DNA from: Bacteroidales bacterium
Lineage (GTDB): Bacteria > Bacteroidota > Bacteroidia > Bacteroidales > JAADGE01
DNA length: 60,249 nt
Reading direction: 5' to 3'
Assembly (NCBI GenBank): GCA_029934515.1
Contig: JAOZMB010000004.1
Span: 1 to 60,249 of the forward strand
A program made the position numbers and the translations under genes. Below the pieces are notes generated by a model. The model saw nothing but the letters and a program-made list of their open reading frames with translations, did no database searches and was not told the origin of the DNA. Positions 13,109 to 22,811 of the stretch are shown one piece after another; the first letter of the stretch is position 1, and each line of letters begins with the position of its first letter.

Positions 13109-13423
13109 ATGGAAAAAAATAAAGATAAAAATCGTCTAAATATTGAATTAACACAAGACGTGGCACAAGGAACATATTCAAACCTTGCTGTAATTTCGCA
13201 TTCAACATCTGAGTTCATTATTGACTTTGTTAGAGTGATGCCAGGAGTTCCAAAAGCATCAGTAAAATCAAGAATATTAATGACACCAGATAACGCTAAA
13301 AGATTATTAAAAGCTCTGAATGATAACATAAGAAAGTTTGAATCTAATTTTGGAGAAGTTAAAGGAAACTTAGACAGACCTATGATTCCTATGAACTTCG
13401 GAGGACCACCAGCACAAGCATAA
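13109..13423 (+). CDS. DUF3467 family protein
   Basis: GTYSNLAVISHS..EFIIDF..MPG motif; usual neighbour downstream of rpoC in Bacteroidota. Confidence 0.9.
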   Translation: MEKNKDKNRLNIELTQDVAQGTYSNLAVISHSTSEFIIDFVRVMPGVPKASVKSRILMTPDNAKRLLKALNDNIRKFESNFGEVKGNLDRPMIPMNFGGPPAQA

Positions 13424-13454
13424 AGAATTATATTAACAATTTTTTTTTAATTAA

Positions 13455-13506
13455 TACAATTGAAAAAATCTACTATCAACAGATAGTAGATTTTTTTTCA
13501 ATTGTA
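13455..13506 (+). terminator. Intrinsic terminator of the rpo operon
   Basis: AAAAAATCTACTATC-AACA-GATAGTAGATTTTTTTT long hairpin. Confidence 0.8.
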
Positions 13507-13701
13507 GGAATAGCGTACAACAACATTATTTTTTTGTGGTAATTTTTATTTTTAACTATATTTTGTTTCCTTTGTAAAAATAAAGTATTGTAACTTGATT
13601 GCATTTACATGATTATTTACAGTTTTTTTTATGTAAAGATTGATAATTATATTAGTTACATAAAAAAAACAATAAATTAAAAATCTACCAAATTTTTTAC
13701 C

Positions 13702-15429
13702 ATGTCAAAAGAACTTCTTAAATCTGAATTTATTTTGGGCAAAATAATTCCTAATATTGCTCAAATGTTAAGAAAAAATGTAAGAGAAAATAAAGATGTA
13801 TTTGTTTTTAAAGAACGAAAAAATGGAAAATATATAGGAATAAGACAATTGGATTTTTATAGGAACATTAGGCGTATAGCTTATAATCTTACAAAAAAAG
13901 GATTTGAAAAGGGTGATAAAATAGTTATATTATCAAGAAATAGACGTGAAATGCTTGAATTCGAACTTGCCGTTCAAGCATCAGGAGGAATAACTGTTCC
14001 ACTTTTTTTTAATTTAAAAAAAGAAGTTATTGAAAGACTTACAGAACATTCTGATGCAAATTTTATAATTGTGGGAGGACAGAAACAACTTGACAAAATA
14101 AGACAAGATTTTCCAGTGAAAAAAATCTTTGTTTTTGATAATATAATTGACAAATCTTTCCCTGATTTAGTTTGTTTTGATGAATTAATTCAAAACGAAT
14201 GTCCAAATGATTATAATTTGGATTTCGATGCAGACCAAAATGATATTTGCCTTAATATGTACACATCAGGTACAATGGGAGTTCAAAAGTGTGTTCAGCT
14301 ATCGCATAGGAATATTCTCTCGCAACAGACTGCTCTGGATATGCTTTGGAATATTGACAAAAAAGACCGATTTCTAAGCTATTTACCTTGGCACCACAGT
14401 TTCGGTGGTATATTTGAAAAATTCTCTGCTCTTTATAATTGTGCCGAAATGTATCTGGAATCTGGATACGGTGTAAATCCAAAAGTTATAATGGAAAATT
14501 GGAAAATTGTAAAGCCGACAATATTTTTTAGTGTTCCACTTGTATATCAGGCACTTTACTCGCTTGCAAAAGAAGATAAAGAAGCTGAAAAATTATTCTT
14601 CCATAAAGATTTGAAATTTGTTTTTACAGCAGCAGCACCTTTGCCAAAAAATATTTCAGATGAATTTGAAAAAAGAAACGTTAGAGTTATAGAAGGCTGG
14701 GGACTTACCGAAACAACTCCATGTTGCACAATAACATCTCCGAATGAAAAACGAGTAAATGGAGTCGTAGGAAAGCCTATTCCGGGTGTTACAATAAAAA
14801 TATCCAATGACAGTGAAATACTTGTTAAAGGTCCAAATGTAATGCGAGGATATTATAAAAATGACAAAGCAAACGACAAAGTTCTTTCTGATGACGGTTG
14901 GTTCTCTACGGGCGATATTGGCGAAATAACAAAAACTGGTTTGAAATTGATTGCCAGAAAAGATAGAATTTTTAAATTGTTGAATGCCGAAAAAATAGTA
15001 CCATCAGATATTGAAAAAAAAATACTTGGCAAATGTAGTTATTTATCTTATGTGCTTGTCGAAGGAAGTGGACGGAGGTTTCCAGTTGCTTTGCTTTTTC
15101 CTAACAAAGCGCTTATCGATGCAACAAAAATCGATGATAATGAAATTAATATCGAAAATTGCAGATGTCCTAAAAAAACGGAAGAGCTTTCGGATTGTTT
15201 GAAAAAATGTTTGAAAGAACTAAATAATAATGTTAAAGAAAAATTTGCAAGAATTAATTCGGCATTACTTATTAACAATAAATTAAGTATCGAAGACAAA
15301 ACATTAACAGCTTCATTAAAGATGAAACCAAACGGAGTAAAACATATTTACAAAGCTCATATAGAAAAATTGTATGATGAAAATGTCAAAATTCGGGAAA
15401 AAGTATATATTATTAATATAGAAAAATAA
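13702..15429 (+). CDS. AMP-binding long-chain acyl-CoA synthetase family protein
   Basis: YTSGTMG..K A3 motif, YLPWHH, GWGLTET, GYYK, WFSTGDIG. Confidence 0.9.
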   Translation: MSKELLKSEFILGKIIPNIAQMLRKNVRENKDVFVFKERKNGKYIGIRQLDFYRNIRRIAYNLTKKGFEKGDKIVILSRNRREMLEFELAVQASGGITVPLFFNLKKEVIERLTEHSDANFIIVGGQKQLDKIRQDFPVKKIFVFDNIIDKSFPDLVCFDELIQNECPNDYNLDFDADQNDICLNMYTSGTMGVQKCVQLSHRNILSQQTALDMLWNIDKKDRFLSYLPWHHSFGGIFEKFSALYNCAEMYLESGYGVNPKVIMENWKIVKPTIFFSVPLVYQALYSLAKEDKEAEKLFFHKDLKFVFTAAAPLPKNISDEFEKRNVRVIEGWGLTETTPCCTITSPNEKRVNGVVGKPIPGVTIKISNDSEILVKGPNVMRGYYKNDKANDKVLSDDGWFSTGDIGEITKTGLKLIARKDRIFKLLNAEKIVPSDIEKKILGKCSYLSYVLVEGSGRRFPVALLFPNKALIDATKIDDNEINIENCRCPKKTEELSDCLKKCLKELNNNVKEKFARINSALLINNKLSIEDKTLTASLKMKPNGVKHIYKAHIEKLYDENVKIREKVYIINIEK

Positions 15430-15430
15430 T

Positions 15431-17230
15431 ATGAATATAACATTACTTGATTGGAGTATTATCGGAATTTATTTTGTGATAAGTCTTGGAATAGGTTTGT
15501 TTATGTCAAAACGAGCTGGAAAAGGAATGGACGATTTTTTTCTTAGTGGAAGAAAACTCCCTTGGTTTATCGCTGGAACAAGTATGGTCGCAACAACATT
15601 TGCAGCAGATACGCCTCTTGCAGTAACAGAGCTTGTTGCAGAACACGGAATCGCTGGAAATTGGCTATGGTGGAATATGTTATTTGGTGGTATGCTTACT
15701 GTATTTTTTTTCGCTCGTCTATGGAGACGAGCAGAAATACTTACAGATGCAGAGTTTGTATCTATAAGATATTCTGGAAAGTCGGCAAATTTTCTTCGCG
15801 GTTTTAGAGCTATTTATATAGGTATTTTTATGAATACGGTTGTAATAGCGTGGGTAAACTTGGCTATGGTGAAAATTCTAAACGTAATGTTTCCTGAATT
15901 TACAGTATTTGGTGCTTCTGAGTTTAATATTTTAGGAATAAAATTTAGTTCACATCTCGTTGCAGTAGCTGGATTGATGATTTTTACGATTATTTACTCG
16001 GCTTTATCAGGGCTTTGGGGAGTATCGCTGACAGATAGTTTTCAGTTTATTATTGCAATGACTGGAAGTGTTGTTCTTGCAGTTTTTGCGGTTAAGCATA
16101 TTGATGTGGGAGGAATTAATGGTTTGATAGAAAAATTGCCAAAAGGCGCATTAGATTTTTTTCCTACAATAGATAAAGATGACGGTAATAATATAAAAAC
16201 TTTCGGAATATTTAAGATGACAATTACTGCTTTTGTGGCTTATCTTGGCGTGCAATGGTGGTCGAGTTGGTATCCTGGCGCTGAACCTGGCGGTGGCGGA
16301 TATATAGCCCAGAGAATGATGTCAACAAAAGACGAACGCAATTCGCAACTTGCAACTCTATGGTTTCAGGTTGCGCATTTTGCGGTGAGACCATGGCCAT
16401 GGATATTGGCGGCTCTATCGGCTCTAATAATTTATCCAGATGTCGTAGATAAAGGACAAACTTATGTGATGCTTATTAGGGATTTATTACCTGCTGGTTT
16501 GTTGGGTTTGTTGCTTGCGGCATTTTTGGCAGCTTACATGTCCACAATTGCATCACAAACTGTTTGGGGAACATCTTATATTGTAAACGATTTATATAAA
16601 CCGTTCATAAACAAGACCGCCGATGGGAAAAAATATGTCAAAATATCAAGAATAACAACATTCCTTCTTATGATATTTTCGTTATTTATAACAACACAGT
16701 TCGAAAGAATAAGCGATGCTTGGAAGTTTGTGCTTGCCATGAGCGGAGGAATAGGTCTTGTTCTTTTATTGCGATGGTTCTGGTGGCGTGTAAATGCGTG
16801 GTCCGAAATATCGGCAATGATTGCACCTTATATAATCTTTCCTGTTCTAAAATATGGTCTCGATTTAGACCCAATAAAAGAGGATTTTGAATTATGTTTA
16901 ATAATTATTGTATTATGGTCTTCGTTAGTTTGGCTCTCAGTAACATTTTTAACTAAACCAGAAAAAGAAGAAAAATTAAAATCATTTTACAAAAGAGTTC
17001 ATCCAGGTGGTATAGGTTGGAGAAGAATTTCATCGAAAATGCCAAATACAAAAAGCGATACTGGATTTTTAAGACTCTTTGTTAATTGGTTTGTTGGCTG
17101 TTTATCTGTAATGTTTACTCTCTTTGGAACAGGCAAAATTATTTTTACTGAATATTTTACTGGAACGATATTTTTATTAATAGCATTATTAGGAGGAATT
17201 ATTATCTCTATAAATATGAAAAAATATTAA
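15431..17230 (+). CDS. Sodium:solute symporter family protein
   Basis: Many TM helices; DFFLSGRKLPW, SMVATTFAADT, QRMMS, AAYMST motifs of the SSF family. Confidence 0.92.
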   Translation: MNITLLDWSIIGIYFVISLGIGLFMSKRAGKGMDDFFLSGRKLPWFIAGTSMVATTFAADTPLAVTELVAEHGIAGNWLWWNMLFGGMLTVFFFARLWRRAEILTDAEFVSIRYSGKSANFLRGFRAIYIGIFMNTVVIAWVNLAMVKILNVMFPEFTVFGASEFNILGIKFSSHLVAVAGLMIFTIIYSALSGLWGVSLTDSFQFIIAMTGSVVLAVFAVKHIDVGGINGLIEKLPKGALDFFPTIDKDDGNNIKTFGIFKMTITAFVAYLGVQWWSSWYPGAEPGGGGYIAQRMMSTKDERNSQLATLWFQVAHFAVRPWPWILAALSALIIYPDVVDKGQTYVMLIRDLLPAGLLGLLLAAFLAAYMSTIASQTVWGTSYIVNDLYKPFINKTADGKKYVKISRITTFLLMIFSLFITTQFERISDAWKFVLAMSGGIGLVLLLRWFWWRVNAWSEISAMIAPYIIFPVLKYGLDLDPIKEDFELCLIIIVLWSSLVWLSVTFLTKPEKEEKLKSFYKRVHPGGIGWRRISSKMPNTKSDTGFLRLFVNWFVGCLSVMFTLFGTGKIIFTEYFTGTIFLLIALLGGIIISINMKKY

Positions 17231-17364
17231 CTTGTACGTATCACAACCTTTCAAACTGAAATATATTTATAAGTTTTATAAACTTAAATTTTGTAAATTA
17301 AATTAAAATATTATACTTTTGTTTTCAAATAATTTTTATTTATTTATTTTTAAATTTTTATATT

Positions 17365-18255
17365 ATGGTAAAGAAGATTACATTTTTAATTATTGTTTTA
17401 TTGTTTATTTCTAATTTTGTATTTTCTCAAACAACTATTTACGAAATACAATATACTACAGAAGAAGGTGATGGAACGTATCCGTCATTGCATAGTGGCG
17501 AGACTGTTGAGACGACTGGTATTGTAACTGCTGTTGATGAATATCCTGGTTCTTATTACATTCAAGACGGTGAAGGAGCATGGAATGGAATCCTTGTATT
17601 TGACAGTGATAATATTCCACAAGTTGGTGATGAGGTAACTGTAACTGGTCTTGTTGAGGAGTATTTCGGATTAACAGAGTTAAAAGAGATTTCGGGTTAT
17701 TCTGTGAATTCTTCTGGAAATGATTTACCTGCTGTTACAGAAATACTTACATCGGCAAGTGTTAATGATGAGCAATGGGAAGGAGTACTTGTTAGTGTTT
17801 CAAATGTTGAGTGTACAGCTTTGCCTGATGGATATGGTCAGTGGTACGTAAATGGTGATTTGCAGATTGATGATGATGTATGCGGAAGTGGTGTTTTTAC
17901 TCCAATAATTAATCAGGCTTATAATATAACAGGAGTTGTTGATTATTCTTATGATGAGTATGCTTTACATCCTCGAACTGTTGATGATATTCAAGTTTAT
18001 GCAAGTGTTTATTCTTTATCAAAATCATTTAAATTGTATCCTAATCCTGTTTATAATATTTTGAATATCTCTTGTGATGAAATGATTTCAAATATTGAGA
18101 TTTTAAATATTGTAGGACAAAAGGTTATGAATATTGATAATGTAAACTCTAAAAATTATTTTTTGGATATTGAAAATTTAAATAGTGATATTTATATTGC
18201 CAATATTTTTAATAAAAATGGTACCTCAGTTACTGTTAAATTTATAAAAAAATAA
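17365..18255 (+). CDS. T9SS-secreted protein with OB-fold domains
   Basis: Signal peptide; GIVTA..YYIQDG..GILVF..GDEVTVTG.V.EYFGLTEL OB-fold pattern; C-terminal LYPNP...GQKV...KFIKK T9SS sorting domain. Confidence 0.85.
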   Translation: MVKKITFLIIVLLFISNFVFSQTTIYEIQYTTEEGDGTYPSLHSGETVETTGIVTAVDEYPGSYYIQDGEGAWNGILVFDSDNIPQVGDEVTVTGLVEEYFGLTELKEISGYSVNSSGNDLPAVTEILTSASVNDEQWEGVLVSVSNVECTALPDGYGQWYVNGDLQIDDDVCGSGVFTPIINQAYNITGVVDYSYDEYALHPRTVDDIQVYASVYSLSKSFKLYPNPVYNILNISCDEMISNIEILNIVGQKVMNIDNVNSKNYFLDIENLNSDIYIANIFNKNGTSVTVKFIKK

Positions 18256-18451
18256 AAAAAAATTTCAGGATACAAGAAAAGATTATGGTGAAAAACGTTG
18301 GAAAGTTGTTGGCAAATTATTTGAATATATTATAGCGGTTGTATATACAATCAGAGGTTTTGCGATTCGTATAATTTCTGCAAGACCAGCAAATAGAAAA
18401 GAAAAAACTGAATATAATCAAAAACAACTAAAAAATAAAGATGAAAAATAA
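18254..18451 (+). pseudogene. 5'-truncated BrnT-family toxin remnant
   Basis: Frame not in the ORF track reads DTRKDYGEKRWKVVGKLFEYIIAVVYTIRGFAIRIISARPANRKEK; no in-frame start after TAA at 18245-18247; overlaps the next ATG. Confidence 0.8.
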
Positions 18452-18866
18452 AATACATTGGAAAAAAGCTGTAGAATTTTTGAAAAATAATATATCTATT
18501 TCTGGGTATGAAGTTTATTTTGATGACGAAAAACCTGGAATCTCAAATGCAATTCTATTTTGTAAAAATAATATTGAAGTTCCACAATATTTAACTGAGT
18601 ACGATGATGATGAAATTGATTATTCTGATATTCCAGAAATAACAGAAGAAGAGTTCAGATTAGCTGAGCTTATTGGAAAAACAGGACCATTTCCGATAGA
18701 CCAAAAAGAAGCAATAAAAATGCTTAAAAATGAAGAAGATATTTCTGTTTATGATGTTTACTTTGCAGGGGAGAAAATTAATATTTACGATGCAGAGTTA
18801 CTCAGAAAAAATAAAATCGAAGTACCTGAAAATATAATTATTTACGATACGAAAATCGGTTTATAA
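18441..18866 (+). CDS. BrnA-like antitoxin-related protein with a duplicated N-terminal module
   Basis: IDYSDIPEITEEEF motif typical of BrnA-type antitoxins; internal ~45-aa repeat; follows the BrnT remnant. Confidence 0.6.
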   Translation: MKNKIHWKKAVEFLKNNISISGYEVYFDDEKPGISNAILFCKNNIEVPQYLTEYDDDEIDYSDIPEITEEEFRLAELIGKTGPFPIDQKEAIKMLKNEEDISVYDVYFAGEKINIYDAELLRKNKIEVPENIIIYDTKIGL

Positions 18867-19006
18867 AACAGTTTTTTGTATATACGTAAAAACACTAAAC
18901 TTTGTAAGTTAAATAAAATAGAAGATTATACAAATTTTGAAAATTTATGCAAATACAACAAAATGAAAAAAAATGAAAAAAAATTGATAAATTATTTTTT
19001 AATATA

Positions 19007-19014
19007 TACATTTG
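19007..19014 (+). promoter_or_regulatory. Bacteroidota -7 promoter element (TAnnTTTG) for the DUF2795 gene
   Basis: TACATTTG, starting 45 bp upstream of the ATG. Confidence 0.5.
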
Positions 19015-19051
19015 CATTTTTTATGAAAATTTTAAACAAAATATCATTAAT

Positions 19052-19273
19052 ATGTACTGGACGCTCGAATTAGCATCAAAATTAGAAGATGCCCCATGGC
19101 CTGCTACGAAAGAAGAACTTATTGATTATGCAATGCGCTCAGGGGCACCTTTGGAAGTAATTGAAAATTTACAAGAGGTAGAAGACGAAGGAGAAAGTTA
19201 TGACACTATTGAAGATATTTGGCCTGATTATCCAAGTAAAGATGATTTTTTCTTTAACGAGGATGAGTATTAA
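19052..19273 (+). CDS. DUF2795 family protein
   Basis: MYWTLELASKLEDAPWPATK signature conserved in Bacteroidota. Confidence 0.95.
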   Translation: MYWTLELASKLEDAPWPATKEELIDYAMRSGAPLEVIENLQEVEDEGESYDTIEDIWPDYPSKDDFFFNEDEY

Positions 19274-19362
19274 TGGTTCAATATTGAATATTGGATTCTT
19301 TAAAACCAAAAATCAAAAAATGTGTTTTGTGCCATTAAATAAAATTCGTTTTAAAACATAAA

Positions 19363-19396
19363 GTTTACTATTTATTTAAAAATAGTAAACCTTTTT
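19363..19396. terminator. Probable bidirectional terminator
   Basis: GTTTACTATTT...AAATAGTAAAC hairpin between convergent genes. Confidence 0.55.
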
Positions 19397-19439
19397 GTTT
19401 TATTGATATGATGGTAAATATGAATTTTATAATTATATA

Positions 19440-21818
19440 TTAATTAAATCTTAAACTAATTCCACCTATAAAATTAATTCCCGCCTGTGGAAAATAACCA
19501 TCAAAAACAAAATGCTCATCTACATAAAAATACCTGTAAACCCAAGCATTGGTTTCGTATTCTGTATCTAAAAGATTATTTACATAAAAATGTAAAGTTA
19601 TTTTTTTAACATATTTCATTGAAAAAGAATATTTTAAACGTAAATTATTAACAAAATAATCATCAAGCGAACGCTCTATATTTGTCGTATTGTCAATATA
19701 TTGTCTGCCAACATATTTTGATATAATCCCAACGGACAGATTTTTTAATAATGTAAAATTCAAATCACTTCCAGCTGTTATATTAGGCGAAAACGAAATA
19801 TCTACATCGCCGAGTTCTTCTGATTTTTGACCTATCCAAACAAAATTTTCATCAAAATCATCAACATATTCAGTAAAATCCAAAATTTTATTTCGACTAA
19901 TCGTTGTATTAAAATTCCAATCAATAATATCAAATAAATTCAGACCGCCATCAAACTCAATACCAGCCCTGTAACTTTTCGGAACATTTACCATCACAGC
20001 AGCACCGACATTATTAATCTGACCAGTAAGAACAAGCTGGTCTTTATAGTCCATATAATATGCGTTTATGTTAAATGCCGAATTTTCCAAATTAAATTTA
20101 TATCCTAATTCGTAATCGTATAAAGTTTCGTTTTGAGGGATTTTTTCTTTATCTGCATCACGGAAATTACTCCTCGAAGGTTCACGATTGGCTACTGCAA
20201 ACGAAAAATATGAACTCTGATTTTTATTAATTGAATAATATATTCCAGCCTTAGGATTAAAAAAATTGTAAGAATGCTCTTGAGAAATATCATTCAAATC
20301 ATCATGAAACCCATCTATTGAATAATTTGTAAGACGATATTGTAAATCAGCACGGATATTAAAATTCTTAAAAGGACGATAATTTACAATCAAATATTCA
20401 TTAATATCAGTTTTAATTCCAGTATTTTTGTACCATTGATGACGTATATTATTATTGACAGCGTATTTATTCCAAATAATTTGTCCGAAATGGTCGCCAT
20501 CATATTTGCTCGCCGCACCGCCAAGAACAATATCAAACTTATTACTTTTGTAATTAATAGAATATACGATACCGTTCAGCTTATTATCAAGGAGTTTTCG
20601 GCGAATTAAATCAGTTTTTTCAATCAGCTCATCACCAATAATAATATTATCAAGACCATATTCTTCAAAACTTTCATCTTCCTTGAACTGCTCATAATAA
20701 CCAGCTCCTTTTGTGCGATACAGTGCAATATTAAGATTTAGTTTTTGATTAAATTCATGTGTATAAAACATTTGATAATGCAATTGCTCGTAGTTATCTA
20801 TTTCATTATCATAAGTATATGAATTATATGTTCGGTTTGTTTTAAGACTATCTTTTGGAATTCCATTCCATGCCTGATATGTTTCTTCCGCACCGCGCAT
20901 TATATTTAATCTTAAAATATTTTTTTTTTTTACAAAAGCCATTGAAACAAAATATGATTGTAAATCTGAACTTGCTCTATCTACAAAACCATCTGATGTA
21001 ATTTTCGATAGTCGCATATCAAAAGTAAAATGTTTATTTATCAGTCCTGTACCTGCTTTAAAAGTAGTTTTTTTTGTCTCGAACGAGCCAAGAGACAAAT
21101 CCAATTCTCCATAAGTTTTTTTTCTAAGTTTGTTTGTTTTGAAATTTATATTTGCACCGAAAGCTGCGGCACCGTTTGTTGAAGTACCTACTCCTCTTTG
21201 TATCTGAACATTATCGACAGAAGAAACAAGGTCTGGTAAATTTACCCACCATACGCCATGAGATTCAGAGTCGTTAAGAGGTATTCCGTCAAGTGTTACG
21301 TTTATGCGAGTCATATCGCTACCACGAATACGAATCGAAGTATAACCAACACCAGCACCAGCATCAGAACTAACAACAACAGAAGGAGTTAGTTCTAATA
21401 AATATGGAATATCACGACCAGAATTATTTTTTTCCAAATCAGATTTTTCAATGTTTGTATAAGCAATAGGAGTATTTACTCCAGCTCTGTTTGCCAAAAT
21501 TGTTATCTCGTCAGTTAGAATATCCATATTCACAAGCACAAATTCTATTTCAATATCCTTTCCTTCAAAATAAACGTCTCTTTTTTGTGTTTCATAACCA
21601 ACATAACTTACTATAACACTGTAATTTCCCAACTTATTCATGCTCACAACAAATTTTCCTTCTGCATCGCTTACTACTCCCACACTCTTATTTTCAATAT
21701 AAATATTAGCTCCGATAAGTGGTTCTTTATCTTCATTTAAAATTGTTCCTGATATTTTCTGCGAATAGGAGCAAAAAAATATCAATAACAAAATAAACAA
21801 TAAATAGATTTTTTTCAT
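19440..21818 (-). CDS. TonB-dependent receptor, probable thiamine importer
   Basis: Signal peptide, CarboxypepD_reg-like N-domain, plug (SIRIRGSD..RINVTLDGIPLND), beta-barrel ending in F; TPP riboswitch upstream. Confidence 0.9.
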   Translation of the reverse strand: MKKIYLLFILLLIFFCSYSQKISGTILNEDKEPLIGANIYIENKSVGVVSDAEGKFVVSMNKLGNYSVIVSYVGYETQKRDVYFEGKDIEIEFVLVNMDILTDEITILANRAGVNTPIAYTNIEKSDLEKNNSGRDIPYLLELTPSVVVSSDAGAGVGYTSIRIRGSDMTRINVTLDGIPLNDSESHGVWWVNLPDLVSSVDNVQIQRGVGTSTNGAAAFGANINFKTNKLRKKTYGELDLSLGSFETKKTTFKAGTGLINKHFTFDMRLSKITSDGFVDRASSDLQSYFVSMAFVKKKNILRLNIMRGAEETYQAWNGIPKDSLKTNRTYNSYTYDNEIDNYEQLHYQMFYTHEFNQKLNLNIALYRTKGAGYYEQFKEDESFEEYGLDNIIIGDELIEKTDLIRRKLLDNKLNGIVYSINYKSNKFDIVLGGAASKYDGDHFGQIIWNKYAVNNNIRHQWYKNTGIKTDINEYLIVNYRPFKNFNIRADLQYRLTNYSIDGFHDDLNDISQEHSYNFFNPKAGIYYSINKNQSSYFSFAVANREPSRSNFRDADKEKIPQNETLYDYELGYKFNLENSAFNINAYYMDYKDQLVLTGQINNVGAAVMVNVPKSYRAGIEFDGGLNLFDIIDWNFNTTISRNKILDFTEYVDDFDENFVWIGQKSEELGDVDISFSPNITAGSDLNFTLLKNLSVGIISKYVGRQYIDNTTNIERSLDDYFVNNLRLKYSFSMKYVKKITLHFYVNNLLDTEYETNAWVYRYFYVDEHFVFDGYFPQAGINFIGGISLRFN

Positions 21819-21959
21819 TTTATTTTATTTTATTTTGTGATTAAAATTTGAAATTGCATAATTCAATAGGGCGACAGTAAGAGACCATCGCACTACAAAT
21901 TTCAAAAAAATTAATAATAAAATCAGGAAAGGTTTATCTAAAAGAAAAGATAATACAAA

Positions 21960-22028
21960 TCTTCCTTCATCGGTATTATCCGCATCAGGTTCAAAGGGTA
22001 TAATCTCAGCCGTAGTGGCACCCCTGAT
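21960..22028 (-). ncRNA. TPP riboswitch
   Basis: Minus strand reads AGGGGTGCC..GGCTGAGA..ACCCTTTGAACCTGATGCGGATAATACCGATGAAGGAAG, matching the THI-box consensus. Confidence 0.95.
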
Positions 22029-22060
22029 TTATGAGGTAAATTTTTATCTGTATTTGTTAT

Positions 22061-22444
22061 TTAATCTTCTTTATAAGAAATCATTTCAAATTCTATATCA
22101 ACCATTTCTGAATAATCTTCGCCAGCCTCTTCCATATCTTCGTCATCTTCCAGAAAATACCATTTGATAAGAACATCATTACCTTCATCTGCTAATTCTT
22201 CAAGCCGTTGCATAATCATCATTATAATTTTTGATGAAGAAGTATTATAATATGACATTTTAAATTCGAAAACTGTTTTCTCATCTGGGTCTTTCATATA
22301 TTCATTCAACCAATCAAAAACTGGTTGATAAAATTCAACTGGATCCTCAGGACAAGCCCTTCCTGAAATTTCCATTTTTTTGATATCTCTATCTAATATT
22401 ATTCCTGGTAAATAACCAGATTCTTCATATTTAATTTTTTTCAT
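22061..22444 (-). CDS. SiaC family regulatory phosphoprotein (DUF1987)
   Basis: SGRACPED..EFY.P...W, YYNTSSSK, W....DEDM.E.GED motifs. Confidence 0.9.
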   Translation of the reverse strand: MKKIKYEESGYLPGIILDRDIKKMEISGRACPEDPVEFYQPVFDWLNEYMKDPDEKTVFEFKMSYYNTSSSKIIMMIMQRLEELADEGNDVLIKWYFLEDDEDMEEAGEDYSEMVDIEFEMISYKED

Positions 22445-22811
22445 ATGTCTTTTTTGTTTAATGATTTAAAAGCTAAATCAGAAATAATTATTTTTTTATA
22501 AAATATTGCAGATGCAAAAGTAATATTTTTTATATTAAATATAAAAAATTCAATATATTTTTATAAAAAAATATTAATAATAAGATTTCTAAATATTTAT
22601 GAATTAATAAATTAACAACTTAAAAAAATATTGCAAATATAAATTTTTATAAAATTAATCAAATTCAAGTTGTCTGTTTTGTGAAAATATAACTTTAATA
22701 TTTATAAAACAAATTTTTATTTTAGTATTCTTAATTTTAATTTTGTGAAATATAATATTTATTATAATTTGATAATAAAATAGTAAATTAAATTTTTATA
22801 AACTTAAAATT

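Noticed and set aside
18876-19073. 65-aa ORF overlapping the DUF2795 start
   Set aside because: Low-complexity AT-rich translation with a TTG start that covers the DUF2795 promoter.
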